A stretch of DNA of 64,000 nucleotides, taken from assembly GCA_018623095.1 (NCBI GenBank), contig JAAZVX010000001.1, forward strand, positions 7,725-71,724, given 5' to 3'. Made by a program: the position numbers and the translations under genes. This document shows, in pieces, positions 20,425 through 30,515 of the stretch; within the stretch, counting starts at the first letter, position 1; each line of letters begins with the position of its first letter. The notes under the pieces were generated by a model. The model made no database searches. It was not told the origin of the DNA and was given only the letters and a program-made list of their open reading frames with translations. The DNA comes from Marinobacterium sp. (GTDB lineage Bacteria; Pseudomonadota; Gammaproteobacteria; Pseudomonadales; Balneatricaceae).

Positions 20425-20907
20425 TTAGGGAAGAATTACTTTGTCAATGACATGAATCACCCCGTTTGAGGCCTTAATATCTGCAGAGACGACTTTAGCG
20501 CCATCGATTGTGACACCATTCCAGCCCTGAACCATCGCTTTACTACCGTTGAGCATTTCCACGTTCAGTTTTTTACCATTTACATCACTCGCCATGACCT
20601 CGCCACTCATGACATGGTAGGTAAGAATGTTAACCAACTGATCCTTGTTTTCAGGTTTTAAAAGAGTCTCCACGGTTCCTTGAGGTAGTGCTGCAAAGGC
20701 ATCATCGGTTGGTGCAAAGACGGTCAAGGGTCCATCGCCCTTTAATGCGTCAACTAAGCCTGCTGCTTTGACAGCGGCCACAAGTGTGTTGAACGAACCT
20801 GCTTCGACAGCGACATCGACGATGTCAGCCTTCATGTGCCCACCGGCATGAACTTGAGTTGCGAATGTGGTTGCTAAAGCTGCGGCTAGAAAAAATCTAC
20901 GTTTCAT
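20425..20907 (-). CDS. secreted fasciclin (FAS1) domain protein
   Basis: Signal peptide; H1 motif [16 protein letters not shown]2 motif [13 protein letters not shown]. Confidence 0.93.
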   Translation of the reverse strand: MKRRFFLAAALATTFATQVHAGGHMKADIVDVAVEAGSFNTLVAAVKAAGLVDALKGDGPLTVFAPTDDAFAALPQGTVETLLKPENKDQLVNILTYHVMSGEVMASDVNGKKLNVEMLNGSKAMVQGWNGVTIDGAKVVSADIKASNGVIHVIDKVILP

Positions 20908-21105
20908 TGTTTTTCTCCAAATTAATCATCAAGTGTGTGCGCACATGAGCTGTTACGGAGCGTTATTTCTGTTTAGATTGCCGACAAATGCAGTTAATTT
21001 CGTCGATTTAGTTTGCTTTTGCGTACAACTATGACAGTTGTGTCATGGTAAATTTTAATTGATTAATGCGAGTTGATAGATTTTTGCAAAGCAGTATTAT
21101 CGGCC

Positions 21106-21134
21106 AAAAAAAAGAGCGCCGAAGCGCTCTTTTT
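21106..21134 (-). terminator. rho-independent terminator of stand-alone rpsA
   Basis: On the minus strand: GAGCGC-TTCG-GCGCTC (UUCG tetraloop) followed by 8 T. Confidence 0.9.
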
Positions 21135-21156
21135 CAGTGTGTCGGTAATCTCAAGA

Positions 21157-22830
21157 TTACTGACCCATCTGCTGTTTGATAAGGTCACCGATAGTCGTTG
21201 GACCAGCAGTTTCAACTTCAGCGTTCTGTACGGCTTTAAGAGCAGCTTTCTCTTCAGCTTGATCTTTCGCACGGATAGAGAAGGTGATAACGCGGTTGCG
21301 ACGATCAACACCTACAATCTTACCTTCAACGCTGTCGCCAACGTTTAGAGCAGTTGTAGCGTCTTCGATGCGCTCTGCAGCGATGTCAGATGCTTTAAGA
21401 ACAGCTTCGATACCTTCAGCAAGTTCAACAGAAGCAGCGCGTGGCTCAACTGCTGTAACAGTACCGGTAACGATTGCGCCTTTCTCGTGGCCCGCTAGGA
21501 ACTCAGAGAATGGATCGCTTTCTAGCTGTTTAACGCCAAGAGAGATACGCTCTTTCTCTGCGTCAATAGACAGGATAACTGCTTCAACTTCGTCGCCTTT
21601 CTTGTAGTCGCGAAGTGCAGCTTCAGCATCAGCTTCCCAAGTGATGTCTGACATGTGTACTAGGCCGTCTAGATCGTTGTCTAGACCAACGAAGATACCG
21701 AAGTCAGTGATCGTCTTGATTGTGCCAGATACTTTATCGCCTGCAGCGTACTGCTCAGAGAATGCAGCCCATGGGTTAGTAGTACACTGTTTGATACCCA
21801 ATGAGATACGACGACGCTCTTCATCAACGTCTAGAACCATAACTTCTACAGCATCACCAACCTGAACGATTTTAGATGGGTGGATGTTTTTGTTAGTCCA
21901 AGACATTTCAGAAACGTGTACTAGACCTTCTACACCATCTTCTAGAGATGCGAAACAGCCGTAATCAGTTAGGTTTGTAACCTTACCTGATACACGAGTA
22001 CCTGCTGGGTAACGGTTCTTGATCGCTTCCCATGGATCTTCAGATAGCTGCTTAAGACCTAGAGAGATACGACCGCTCTCTTTGTCGAATTTGATGATCT
22101 TAACGTCGATCTCATCACCTGGAGTTAGCATTTCGCTTGGGTGAGAGATACGTTTCCACGCCATGTCAGTGATGTGTAGAAGACCGTCAACGCCGCCAAG
22201 GTCGATGAACGCACCGTAGTTAGTAAGGTTTTTAACGTAACCTTTAACTGCTTGGCCTTCTTCAAGATCAGCAAGGATCTCATCGCGCTGTGCGCTGTTA
22301 GCTTCTTGAAGAACTGCGCGGCGAGAAACAACAACGTTGTTACGCTTCTGATCAAGTTTGATCAGTTTGAATTCAAGTTCTTTGCCTTCTAGGTGATCAA
22401 CGTCACGTACTGGGCGAACGTCTACCAATGAACCTGGTAGGAAGCCCTGGATGTTGTTGACGTTTACAGTGAAACCACCTTTAACTTTGCCAGAGATGTA
22501 ACCTTTTACGATCTCTTCCGCTTCAAACTTAGTCTGAAGAACTTCCCATGCTTCTGCACGTTTCGCTTTCTCGCGAGAAAGTTTAGTTTCACCGAAACCG
22601 TCTTCTACAGCTTCTAGTGCAACTTTAACGTCGTCACCAATGTTGATTTCAAGTTCATTCGCATCGTTAAGGAACTGAGAGCGTGGAATAACCGCTTCAG
22701 ACTTAAGACCAGCGTTAACAGTTACCCAATCAGCATCGATATCAACAACAGTACCAGTTACTAGGGTACCTGGAGTCATCGCAAGTTCTTGGAGGGATTC
22801 TTCAAACAGTTCAGCAAAGCTTTCGCTCAT
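21157..22830 (-). CDS. rpsA: 30S ribosomal protein S1, copy A (stand-alone locus)
   Basis: [13 protein letters not shown]-terminus, six S1 repeats ([43 protein letters not shown]), 557 aa, strong high-expression codon bias. Confidence 0.97.
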   Translation of the reverse strand: MSESFAELFEESLQELAMTPGTLVTGTVVDIDADWVTVNAGLKSEAVIPRSQFLNDANELEINIGDDVKVALEAVEDGFGETKLSREKAKRAEAWEVLQTKFEAEEIVKGYISGKVKGGFTVNVNNIQGFLPGSLVDVRPVRDVDHLEGKELEFKLIKLDQKRNNVVVSRRAVLQEANSAQRDEILADLEEGQAVKGYVKNLTNYGAFIDLGGVDGLLHITDMAWKRISHPSEMLTPGDEIDVKIIKFDKESGRISLGLKQLSEDPWEAIKNRYPAGTRVSGKVTNLTDYGCFASLEDGVEGLVHVSEMSWTNKNIHPSKIVQVGDAVEVMVLDVDEERRRISLGIKQCTTNPWAAFSEQYAAGDKVSGTIKTITDFGIFVGLDNDLDGLVHMSDITWEADAEAALRDYKKGDEVEAVILSIDAEKERISLGVKQLESDPFSEFLAGHEKGAIVTGTVTAVEPRAASVELAEGIEAVLKASDIAAERIEDATTALNVGDSVEGKIVGVDRRNRVITFSIRAKDQAEEKAALKAVQNAEVETAGPTTIGDLIKQQMGQ

Positions 22831-22994
22831 GAAAGTGTCCTATTTTGGGTGCCAGAGGGTGGCACACTAGCCTATGACATCAGCTCCATAGGGTCGGTTC
22901 ATCGTCATCTCCGATCGCTTGCTTGGCTGATGGATGCAAGGGTGCGGAGTTATAAAGAGGGCGAAATTATACAGAAGTGTGAGGGGCGTGCAAA
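22831..22994 (-). promoter_or_regulatory. promoter and structured 5' leader of rpsA copy A
   Basis: Minus strand: TTGCAC/TTTGCA, 16-17 bp spacer, TG-TATAAT (22966-22971), GC-rich discriminator; leader hairpins at 22871-22892 (cctatg/catagg) and 22849-22865 (gtgcca/tggcac). Confidence 0.7.
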
Positions 22995-23021
22995 GCGGAA
23001 TTGTTGTTTTTTTGACCAGTC

Positions 23022-25073
23022 TCAGCCAGCTAGCCGAGACTGATCCTCTTCAAAGAACATCTCGATCATATCGATACTCAGCTCGCTCGCTTCACGAAGC
23101 ACTGCTTCACTGTCAGGATCTTTGATCTCTTCACCCGCTGTGACTTCAGTCAGGAGTTCATCAAGCGATTTAACGGGTTGTTCTCCTTTAGCCATGCGAC
23201 GTTGATTCTCTAGATCAAGTTGATCTTGCTCCATTTGATCTCGCTGAGCTTTTAACCGCTCTTCATTGAGTGGTAACCACTGCATCGATTTTTGTTCGTT
23301 GATCAATGCGATTGTATCGCGCATGTGTTGGAAGTCTGGATCGTTTTGCGTTCTTTGACTGTGGCGGTTTTGCAGTTCAGGTACCCAACGATCAAGCGAA
23401 GAGTAGCTGCCATAGCGAACAGGTCTGACTTTATCCCAAGGTAGGGCAAAGTCGAGGGCGCTTTCACCAATTTCGGTTTGATCAAACATCGATGGAAACT
23501 CAATGTCTGGAGCTACGCCTTGGTGCTGAGTACTTTCACCAGAGATGCGGTAGAACTTAGCAGTTGTGAACTTCAACTGACCGTGGCGCAGAGCTTGCAG
23601 CGTTTGCACAGTCCCTTTCCCGAACGTCCGACTACCAACAACTAAACCTCGGCGGTAGTCCTGTATCGCACCGGCAAAGATCTCTGAAGCGGACGCACTT
23701 AGGCGATCGATCACAACGGTTAACGGCCCGGTCCATGTGGTCTCCGGATTGTAGTCACCTAGAACATCGACTCGACCTTCGAGATCACGAATCTGAACAG
23801 TAGGACCGCGGCTTATAAATAGCCCAACCAACTCGTTTGCTTCGCGCAGTGAGCCACCACCATTTTCACGCAGGTCAACAACCAGTGCATCAACTCCTTG
23901 ATTCTTCAGGTCCTCGATAAGAACTGCGACATCACGTGTGGTGCTTCGGTAATCTTTTTCCCCTTTTCTAAGGGCAGCAAAATCGATATAGAAAGTTGGA
24001 ATATCGATGATGCCGACTTTATAGATGGCGCCATCGCGTTCAACCTCCATGACTCTAGATTTAGCAGCTTGCTCTTCTAGCTTCACACGCTGACGTTCTA
24101 GTTTAACGATCTTTCGTGTGCTTTTATCGGCCGATGTGGAAGGAATAATTTCTAAACGCACGACGGATCCTTTAGGACCGCGGATCCTATCAACAACATC
24201 ATCTAGACGCATGCCGACCACATCCTCAATTTCACCGTCGTTATCTTGTCCGACGCCCACAATCAAATCGGCCGGTTTAAGTTGGCCACTTTTATCAGCC
24301 GGTCCTGCCGGTACTAGGCTGACAATTTTCGTGAACTCATCCTCGCTTTGGAGCACCGCGCCGATCCCTTCAAGTGATAGGCTCATGTTGATCTCGAAGT
24401 TCTCAGATGTTGCTGGTGAGAAGTAGGCCGTATGAGGATCGTAAAGACGCGCTAACACATTGGCAAACGATTGAAAGATATCTTCATTGTTAGTCTGCAA
24501 AGCACGATTTAGTTGTGATTCGTAACGTTTGATCAACGTCTCTTTGGCTTCTTCGACACTCTTATCAGAAAGTTTTAGATTTAAAACAGCACTTTTAAGG
24601 CGCAACGCCCAGTACTGATCTTGTTCGCCCTTAGATTGAAACCAAGGCTTCTCTTCGCGACTGATCGGAAGTCTGTCGTCGAGAGTGAAATCAAATGTAT
24701 GATCCGATTTGAGACGATCGATCAGCTGCTCAGTACGCTCTTGGAATCGCGTTAAAAAAAGCTCATAGGCAGCATATGCGAAGGTTAGATTTCCAGAGCG
24801 CATATCATCGTCTAGGGCACGCTTATGGTGAGCTAGCGAGTCGATATCACTCTGCAGTAGATAACTTCTGGTTGGATCGATAGCGTCAAAGTAGTTATTA
24901 AAGAGTGTTTCTGACAGTTCATCGTCGACGGCCTGTTCACGGTAGTGGTGAGATTCCAACCCCGCGACAAGCGACTGAATGGCATTCGAGTGGACGGCCT
25001 CAGGCTTAAGGGAGGCCTGTACACCTGTCGCTATCGTTAATGATAAAACCAAAAAGAGCTGTAACGCTCGCAT
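23022..25073 (-). CDS. prc: carboxy-terminal processing protease Prc (tail-specific protease)
   Basis: DPHTAYFSP, GIGAVL PDZ motif, DLRENGGGSL, SASASEIFAGAIQDY (catalytic Ser), TFGKGTVQ (catalytic Lys). The start is placed at MRALQL with a signal peptide. Confidence 0.93.
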   Translation of the reverse strand: MRALQLFLVLSLTIATGVQASLKPEAVHSNAIQSLVAGLESHHYREQAVDDELSETLFNNYFDAIDPTRSYLLQSDIDSLAHHKRALDDDMRSGNLTFAYAAYELFLTRFQERTEQLIDRLKSDHTFDFTLDDRLPISREEKPWFQSKGEQDQYWALRLKSAVLNLKLSDKSVEEAKETLIKRYESQLNRALQTNNEDIFQSFANVLARLYDPHTAYFSPATSENFEINMSLSLEGIGAVLQSEDEFTKIVSLVPAGPADKSGQLKPADLIVGVGQDNDGEIEDVVGMRLDDVVDRIRGPKGSVVRLEIIPSTSADKSTRKIVKLERQRVKLEEQAAKSRVMEVERDGAIYKVGIIDIPTFYIDFAALRKGEKDYRSTTRDVAVLIEDLKNQGVDALVVDLRENGGGSLREANELVGLFISRGPTVQIRDLEGRVDVLGDYNPETTWTGPLTVVIDRLSASASEIFAGAIQDYRRGLVVGSRTFGKGTVQTLQALRHGQLKFTTAKFYRISGESTQHQGVAPDIEFPSMFDQTEIGESALDFALPWDKVRPVRYGSYSSLDRWVPELQNRHSQRTQNDPDFQHMRDTIALINEQKSMQWLPLNEERLKAQRDQMEQDQLDLENQRRMAKGEQPVKSLDELLTEVTAGEEIKDPDSEAVLREASELSIDMIEMFFEEDQSRLAG

Positions 25074-25183
25074 GCCAACACTCCAAAACCGCAGTAAAAA
25101 TAGAAAATCTGATAAAGAGCAGTTTAGGCCAGCTCTCCTCATGATGTAAAATAACTTTCTTTTACTACGCGGGAGTCGTTGCG

Positions 25184-25720
25184 GTGGTTTTGCGAATTGC
25201 GGGTTTAGCGATTGTTTCTTTCATTTTGGTTGCTTGTGACAGCGGATCTAACCGTGATGAAATCGAGGATAAAGAGGCTTTTCGAAAAGAGTTGATTGAT
25301 AAAGCACTGAACGATGATACTCGCAAGGCGGGCGAGGCGTTTCTTGCTGAAAATAGTCAGAAGTCAGGTGTGATTGTTCGTAAGTCTGGACTTCAGTACC
25401 GCGTCATTGTTGAAGGTCAGGGTAAGCAGCCAGAGTATGACAGTGTTGTGCTGGTTGAATACGAAGGTCGACGTGTCGATGGCGGTGTCTTCGATAAGAC
25501 CGAAGCCGGAAAGCCGATCAAATTCCCGCTCAATCAGGTGATTAAGGGTTGGCGAGAAGGCTTGGGGTTAATGAAAGAGGGTGCGCAATATGAGCTCTAC
25601 ATTCCTGCTGATTTGGCCTACGGCGCGCGTAGTCCCAGTCGTGAAATTCCACCCAATTCAGCTTTGATATTTGATGTTAGGTTAATAGAAGTACTTGAGA
25701 AGGGTGCGGAGAAAGAGTGA
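25184..25720 (+). CDS. FKBP-type peptidyl-prolyl cis-trans isomerase (probable lipoprotein)
   Basis: Lipobox LVAC; [43 protein letters not shown]. Confidence 0.92.
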   Translation: MVLRIAGLAIVSFILVACDSGSNRDEIEDKEAFRKELIDKALNDDTRKAGEAFLAENSQKSGVIVRKSGLQYRVIVEGQGKQPEYDSVVLVEYEGRRVDGGVFDKTEAGKPIKFPLNQVIKGWREGLGLMKEGAQYELYIPADLAYGARSPSREIPPNSALIFDVRLIEVLEKGAEKE

Positions 25721-27000
25721 TGGAACAAGAGCGTTTTAACCAAGATCTACTGACCTTTTTAGCGGATAGTCCGACTCCCTTTCATGCCACTCAACAGATG
25801 GCTGAGCGATTAAGTCAGGCAGGTTTTATCGAACTGTTTGAAAGTGAAGCGTGGAATCCAGTCGCTGGCGAGAGTTACTTCATTCGTCGTAATGGCTCGT
25901 CGATCATTGCTTGGCGTCATGCCGCAAACATGGATGCAGGTTTTCGAATGGTGGGTGCTCATACCGACTCACCCTGTCTTCGAGTTAAACCGACACCAGA
26001 ACTGTACAGACAAAACTACCTTCAACTCGGCGTTGAAGTCTATGGTGGCGCTCTATTAAATCCTTGGTTTGATCGAGACTTGTCGCTAGCGGGACGAGTG
26101 ACTTTCCGTCAAGCTGACGGTTCTCTAGACACTGCTCTGATTGACTTCAAAGAGGCTATCGCGACGATCCCAAGCCTCGCTATTCACTTAGACCGTGAGG
26201 CCAACAAAGATCGCACGGTTAACCCGCAATTGCACCTGCCCGTGCTATTAGGGCAAGCAGAACAGAAGCAGGATTTCAGAGCGCTGCTCAAATCTAAGCT
26301 GCTGGAGCAGGGTGTGACTGAGGTTGTGGATGTCCTAGATTACGAGCTCTCTTTCTACGACGTTCAAGCGCCTGCAATGGTGGGATTGAACAGAGAGTTT
26401 ATCGCTTCGGCCCGTCTGGATAACCTGTTGAGCTGTTTCATTGGTTTACAGTCTCTTATTAACAGTGATGGTCAACAGGCTGCAGTACTGGTCTGTACGG
26501 ATCATGAAGAGGTTGGCAGTGCGAGTGCCTGTGGTGCTCAGGGCCCGATGTTGGCTCAGTGGCTAGAGCGTCTCTTGCCGAACAACGAAGAGCGCAACCG
26601 TGTGATCAGCCGTTCTATGATGATCTCAGCTGATAACGCCCACGGCGTGCACCCCAATTACGCCGATAAACACGATCAGAATCATGGCCCACTGATTAAC
26701 GCGGGACCTGTTATCAAAATTAATGCTAATCAGCGCTACGCCACCAATAGTGAAACCAGTGCAACGTTCCGTGCCATTGCACAAGATGTCAATGTGCCTG
26801 TGCAGAGCTTTGTAGTTCGTACAGACATGGGGTGCGGCAGCACTATTGGTCCAATTACGGCATCAGAGGTTGGTATCCGCACAGTGGATATCGGTTGCCC
26901 ACAATTTGGTATGCACTCAATTCGTGAGCTGTGCGGCAGTAATGATGCGCACTCTCTCTACCTGATTCTGCAACACTATTACGATAAAGCCAGAGTTTAA
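25717..27000 (+). CDS. M18 family aminopeptidase (aspartyl aminopeptidase-like)
   Basis: [53 protein letters not shown]. Confidence 0.93.
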   Translation: MMEQERFNQDLLTFLADSPTPFHATQQMAERLSQAGFIELFESEAWNPVAGESYFIRRNGSSIIAWRHAANMDAGFRMVGAHTDSPCLRVKPTPELYRQNYLQLGVEVYGGALLNPWFDRDLSLAGRVTFRQADGSLDTALIDFKEAIATIPSLAIHLDREANKDRTVNPQLHLPVLLGQAEQKQDFRALLKSKLLEQGVTEVVDVLDYELSFYDVQAPAMVGLNREFIASARLDNLLSCFIGLQSLINSDGQQAAVLVCTDHEEVGSASACGAQGPMLAQWLERLLPNNEERNRVISRSMMISADNAHGVHPNYADKHDQNHGPLINAGPVIKINANQRYATNSETSATFRAIAQDVNVPVQSFVVRTDMGCGSTIGPITASEVGIRTVDIGCPQFGMHSIRELCGSNDAHSLYLILQHYYDKARV

Positions 27001-27012
27001 GAGGGTTAAGAC

Positions 27013-27423
27013 GTGTTACAAACGGTTCAAGAGCTTAATGATTTTCTAACCAACCACTTTCCGCAAGGTGAAGGCTTTGGTGCCGTTGAAGAGGCGGGTG
27101 ATGGTTGGGTATTGATGCGTTTAACGGTTGAAGATAGCCATTTGCGTCCCGGTGGTACGGTCTCAGGGCCCACTATGATGGGGATGGCGGATGTGGCTAT
27201 CTGGTCCGCGTTGCAAACCAAGATTGGTCCTTCGCCGATGACGGTGACTGGTAACCTAAATATCAATTTCTTAAGTAAGCCCAAGCCCGTTGATATGTTG
27301 GCACGTGCGCGGGTACTTCGTGTTGGTCGCAGAAACGGGGTCGGTGAGTGTTACATCTACTCAGGTGATGAAGATTCGATGGTGGCTCACGTAACGGCAA
27401 CCTATTCAATACCGGCTAAGTAA
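27013..27423 (+). CDS. PaaI family hot-dog thioesterase
   Basis: LRPGGTVSGPTMMGMAD, VTGNLNINFL, ARVLRVGRR. Confidence 0.88.
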   Translation: MLQTVQELNDFLTNHFPQGEGFGAVEEAGDGWVLMRLTVEDSHLRPGGTVSGPTMMGMADVAIWSALQTKIGPSPMTVTGNLNINFLSKPKPVDMLARARVLRVGRRNGVGECYIYSGDEDSMVAHVTATYSIPAK

Positions 27424-27459
27424 GGCCCAAGTAATATTTGCGACAAGGAATAGTCGATC

Positions 27460-29631
27460 ATGGAAATTAAAGTTAACTATCTCGATAACTTGCGCCTAGA
27501 GGCAAAGTTCGATGACTTCACCGTGATCGCTGATCAGCCGGTACGCTACAAAGGGGACGGATCCGCCCCCGGTCCGTTCGACTATTTTTTGGCCTCATCA
27601 GCCTTATGTGCTGCCTATTTTGTAAAGGTTTACTGCGAAGCGCGGGGGATCTCTACCGATAATATCCGTCTTGCTCAGAACAACATTGTCGATCCCGAGA
27701 ACCGCTATAAACAGATCTTTAAGATCAGTGTAGAGCTGCCAGAGGATCTTAGTGACAAAGACCGAACGGGTATTCTGCGTTCTATTGAGCGTTGTACCGT
27801 GAAAAAAGTGGTGCAAGAGGGGCCTGAGTTTCAGATAGAGGTGGTTGAAAGCCTTGATGAAGATGCACAAGCTCTATTGGCGGTCGCCACAGACAGTGAA
27901 ACCTTCATCGAGGGTAAAGACGCTCCACTTGAACAGACCATCGCGAAGATGACGCAGATTCTGGCAGACTTGGGTATGAAAATTGAGGTTGCCTCTTGGC
28001 GAAATATCGTTCCCAATGTTTGGTCACTGCACATTCGTGATGCGGCTTCCCCTATGTGTTTTACCAATGGTAAAGGTGCCACGAAAGAGGCTGCACTGGC
28101 GTCGGCTTTAGGCGAGTTTTTAGAGCGTCTCTCCTGCAACTTTTTCTACAACGATCAATACTTTGGCCAAGAGCTGGCCGAAGCAGAGTTTGTTCATCGC
28201 CCAGACGAGCGTTGGTTTGAGCTGACTGAAGAGGATGAGATTCCAGAGGGGTTGCTAGACGACTATACACTGGAGATCTACGACCCTGATCAGGACCTGA
28301 GTGGCTCAAATTTAATCGACACGAACTCTGGAAATGAGGAGCGAGGTATCTGCGCTCTGCCATTCCAGCGTCGCTCCGATGGTGAAACCATCTACTTCCC
28401 CTCTAACCTGATCGAGAACCTCTTTTTAAGTAACGGTATGAGTGCCGGCAACACCCTTGAAGAGGCTCAGGTGCAGTGTCTCTCTGAGATCTTTGAACGT
28501 GCCGTTAAACGTCAGATCCTTGAGCAGGAGATTGCACTTCCGGATGTTCCTCTTAAGGTTCTTGAACGCTGGCCAGGCATCGTTGAGGGAATTCAAGCAC
28601 TTGAAGAGCAAGGCTTCCCGGTATTGGTCAAGGATGCCTCTTTGGGCGGTCAGTTCCCAGTCGCTTGCGTCACTCTAATGAACCCTAAAACGGGTGGGGT
28701 ATTTGCTTCGTTCGGTGCCCACCCCAGCCAGCATGTCGCGATTGAAAGAAGTCTGACAGAATTGCTGCAAGGCCGTAGCTTTGAGGGCTTAAACGACCTG
28801 CCACCACCGACCTTTAATTCACACGAGCTGACAGAACCTAATAACTTTGTTGAGCACTTTATCGACTCAAGTGGTGTTGTGAGCTGGCGCTTCTTTAGTG
28901 ACGCGTTTGATTACGATTTTGTGGATTGGGATTTCTCGGGTTCCAATACAGAGGAGGCTGAAACCCTGTTTGGTATTCTGGAATCGATGGGCAAAGAGTC
29001 CTATCAAGCGGTCTATGATGATCTGGGTGTACCAGCGGTTAGAATATTGGTCCCTGACTATTCAGAGGTATACCCCGTTGAAGATCTGATTTGGGATAAC
29101 ACCAATAAATCACTGGAGTTTCGCGAGGCGATTCTCTGTCTGCATGAGCTGTGTGATGAGGATTTAGCAGAGTTGCTGGTTCGTTTAGAGGAGAGCGAGC
29201 TGGATAACTACACCGATATCCGCACATTGATCGGCATTGAGTTTGACGAGAATAGCGTCTGGGGACAGCTCACCATACTTGAGCTGAAACTGATGATTCA
29301 CTTGGCCTTGGGTCAGTTACCTCAGGCTAAAGAGTTGGTCGAGGCCTTTTTACAGTACAACGATAACACCCTAGACCGAGTATTGTTCTACCGTGCAATG
29401 GATGCTGTCATTGAGGTGGAGTTAAATTCAGAAATGGCTCTTGAGCACTACCTCAACAACTTTACTCGAATGTTCGGTAAAGAGAGAGTCGAGGCTGTGG
29501 TTGGGTCTGTGAATGGATCGATTCGTTTTTATGGACTTGAGTCAGTGGGTATGGAACTTACCGGTTTAGAACGCCATCAACGCCTGATTCAGAGTTATCA
29601 GAAATTGCATCAATGGCGTGCCTCTAAATAG
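27460..29631 (+). CDS. OsmC-domain / YcaO-domain fusion protein
   Basis: N-terminal OsmC-like domain (GDGSAPGPFDYFLASSALC ... IERCTV), then a YcaO domain (GKGATKEAALASALGEFLER, SNGMSAGNTLEEA, EIFER, SFGAHP). Confidence 0.9.
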   Translation: MEIKVNYLDNLRLEAKFDDFTVIADQPVRYKGDGSAPGPFDYFLASSALCAAYFVKVYCEARGISTDNIRLAQNNIVDPENRYKQIFKISVELPEDLSDKDRTGILRSIERCTVKKVVQEGPEFQIEVVESLDEDAQALLAVATDSETFIEGKDAPLEQTIAKMTQILADLGMKIEVASWRNIVPNVWSLHIRDAASPMCFTNGKGATKEAALASALGEFLERLSCNFFYNDQYFGQELAEAEFVHRPDERWFELTEEDEIPEGLLDDYTLEIYDPDQDLSGSNLIDTNSGNEERGICALPFQRRSDGETIYFPSNLIENLFLSNGMSAGNTLEEAQVQCLSEIFERAVKRQILEQEIALPDVPLKVLERWPGIVEGIQALEEQGFPVLVKDASLGGQFPVACVTLMNPKTGGVFASFGAHPSQHVAIERSLTELLQGRSFEGLNDLPPPTFNSHELTEPNNFVEHFIDSSGVVSWRFFSDAFDYDFVDWDFSGSNTEEAETLFGILESMGKESYQAVYDDLGVPAVRILVPDYSEVYPVEDLIWDNTNKSLEFREAILCLHELCDEDLAELLVRLEESELDNYTDIRTLIGIEFDENSVWGQLTILELKLMIHLALGQLPQAKELVEAFLQYNDNTLDRVLFYRAMDAVIEVELNSEMALEHYLNNFTRMFGKERVEAVVGSVNGSIRFYGLESVGMELTGLERHQRLIQSYQKLHQWRASK

Positions 29632-29640
29632 TTAGTGCTC

Positions 29641-30513
29641 TTAGTTACTAAGAGCATTAACTTGTTCATAGGTCTGATCAACCGAATACTTGCCTTTAGC
29701 ATCCTTCGTTACACGACCCATAGCTACAAAAGGGTCGTGGACAAAGAGTAATCGTCCGCCCCGACTCTCTAACCCTTCAAGTAACTGGCGTTTCTCATCA
29801 ATCAGCTGCTCAGGGAAACGGTCGTAGCCCATGGTGATGGGAAGGTGAACCCAAGCGCTACCAGGGATTAAATCCCCAGGGTAGACGACAGGTCCCTCTG
29901 GCATCTCGATCTCTGGCAATATTTGCCCAGGTGTATGGCCCGAACTCTCATGCAGTCTCCATCCATCTCCCAGAGTAGATGACTGTTGGCCTTCAGGAAT
30001 GATCTCTAATCGACCTGACTCTTCGAGCAGTTTGATCAGCAAAGGAATGTATGAGGCGCGGTCACGAGCGTGAGGGTCTTTTGCACGCTGCCACTGGACT
30101 TCACCGACTAGGTATTTCGCATTCGGAAAGAGCAGGTAAGGGTCTTCACCCTCTTGCCACTCTGACAGTAACCCACCGGCATGATCAAAATGGAGGTGGG
30201 TGAGCAGAACGATGTCAATCTCGTCGTCAGAAACACCTGCAGTCCTAAGGTTGTTAATAAGACAGTGCTCTTGTTCCTGAATACCGTAGCGATCTTTCAT
30301 CTCGGGACTGAAAAATGCACCGACGCCAGTCTCGACTAAAATGTTACGTTTGGGATTGCTCTCTTGAACCAGCATTGCACGGCAAGCCAATGGAATGCGG
30401 TTGAGATCATCAGGCTCTATCCAGCGCTGCCATAGCGCGCGAGGTGCATTCCCAAACATGGAACCACCATCTAACTTCTGAGTATTGCCTTCTATAGAAG
30501 TAATGCTACGCAT
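29641..30513 (-). CDS. MBL-fold metallo-hydrolase
   Basis: LDGGSMFG, THLHFDHAGG, GHTPG, GDL, HDP. Confidence 0.9.
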   Translation of the reverse strand: MRSITSIEGNTQKLDGGSMFGNAPRALWQRWIEPDDLNRIPLACRAMLVQESNPKRNILVETGVGAFFSPEMKDRYGIQEQEHCLINNLRTAGVSDDEIDIVLLTHLHFDHAGGLLSEWQEGEDPYLLFPNAKYLVGEVQWQRAKDPHARDRASYIPLLIKLLEESGRLEIIPEGQQSSTLGDGWRLHESSGHTPGQILPEIEMPEGPVVYPGDLIPGSAWVHLPITMGYDRFPEQLIDEKRQLLEGLESRGGRLLFVHDPFVAMGRVTKDAKGKYSVDQTYEQVNALSN

Positions 30514-30515
30514 GA

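Noticed and set aside
21063-22355. Short overlapping and antisense ORFs on rpsA-A, and similar ones on gyrA, the thiolase, rpsA-B and the glp genes
   Set aside because: They are shadow ORFs expected from biased codon usage, with no RBS or recognisable domain.
21157-22830. Second rpsA as a duplicated-contig artefact
   Set aside because: The copies differ at about 37% of residues in the region aligned, and they differ in codon usage and flanking genes. A chimeric join cannot be fully excluded without reads.
27013-30513. RiPP biosynthetic cluster around YcaO
   Set aside because: There is no small precursor ORF, E1/ocin-ThiF partner, flavin dehydrogenase, TfuA or exporter, and the intergenic gaps are too short to hide a precursor.
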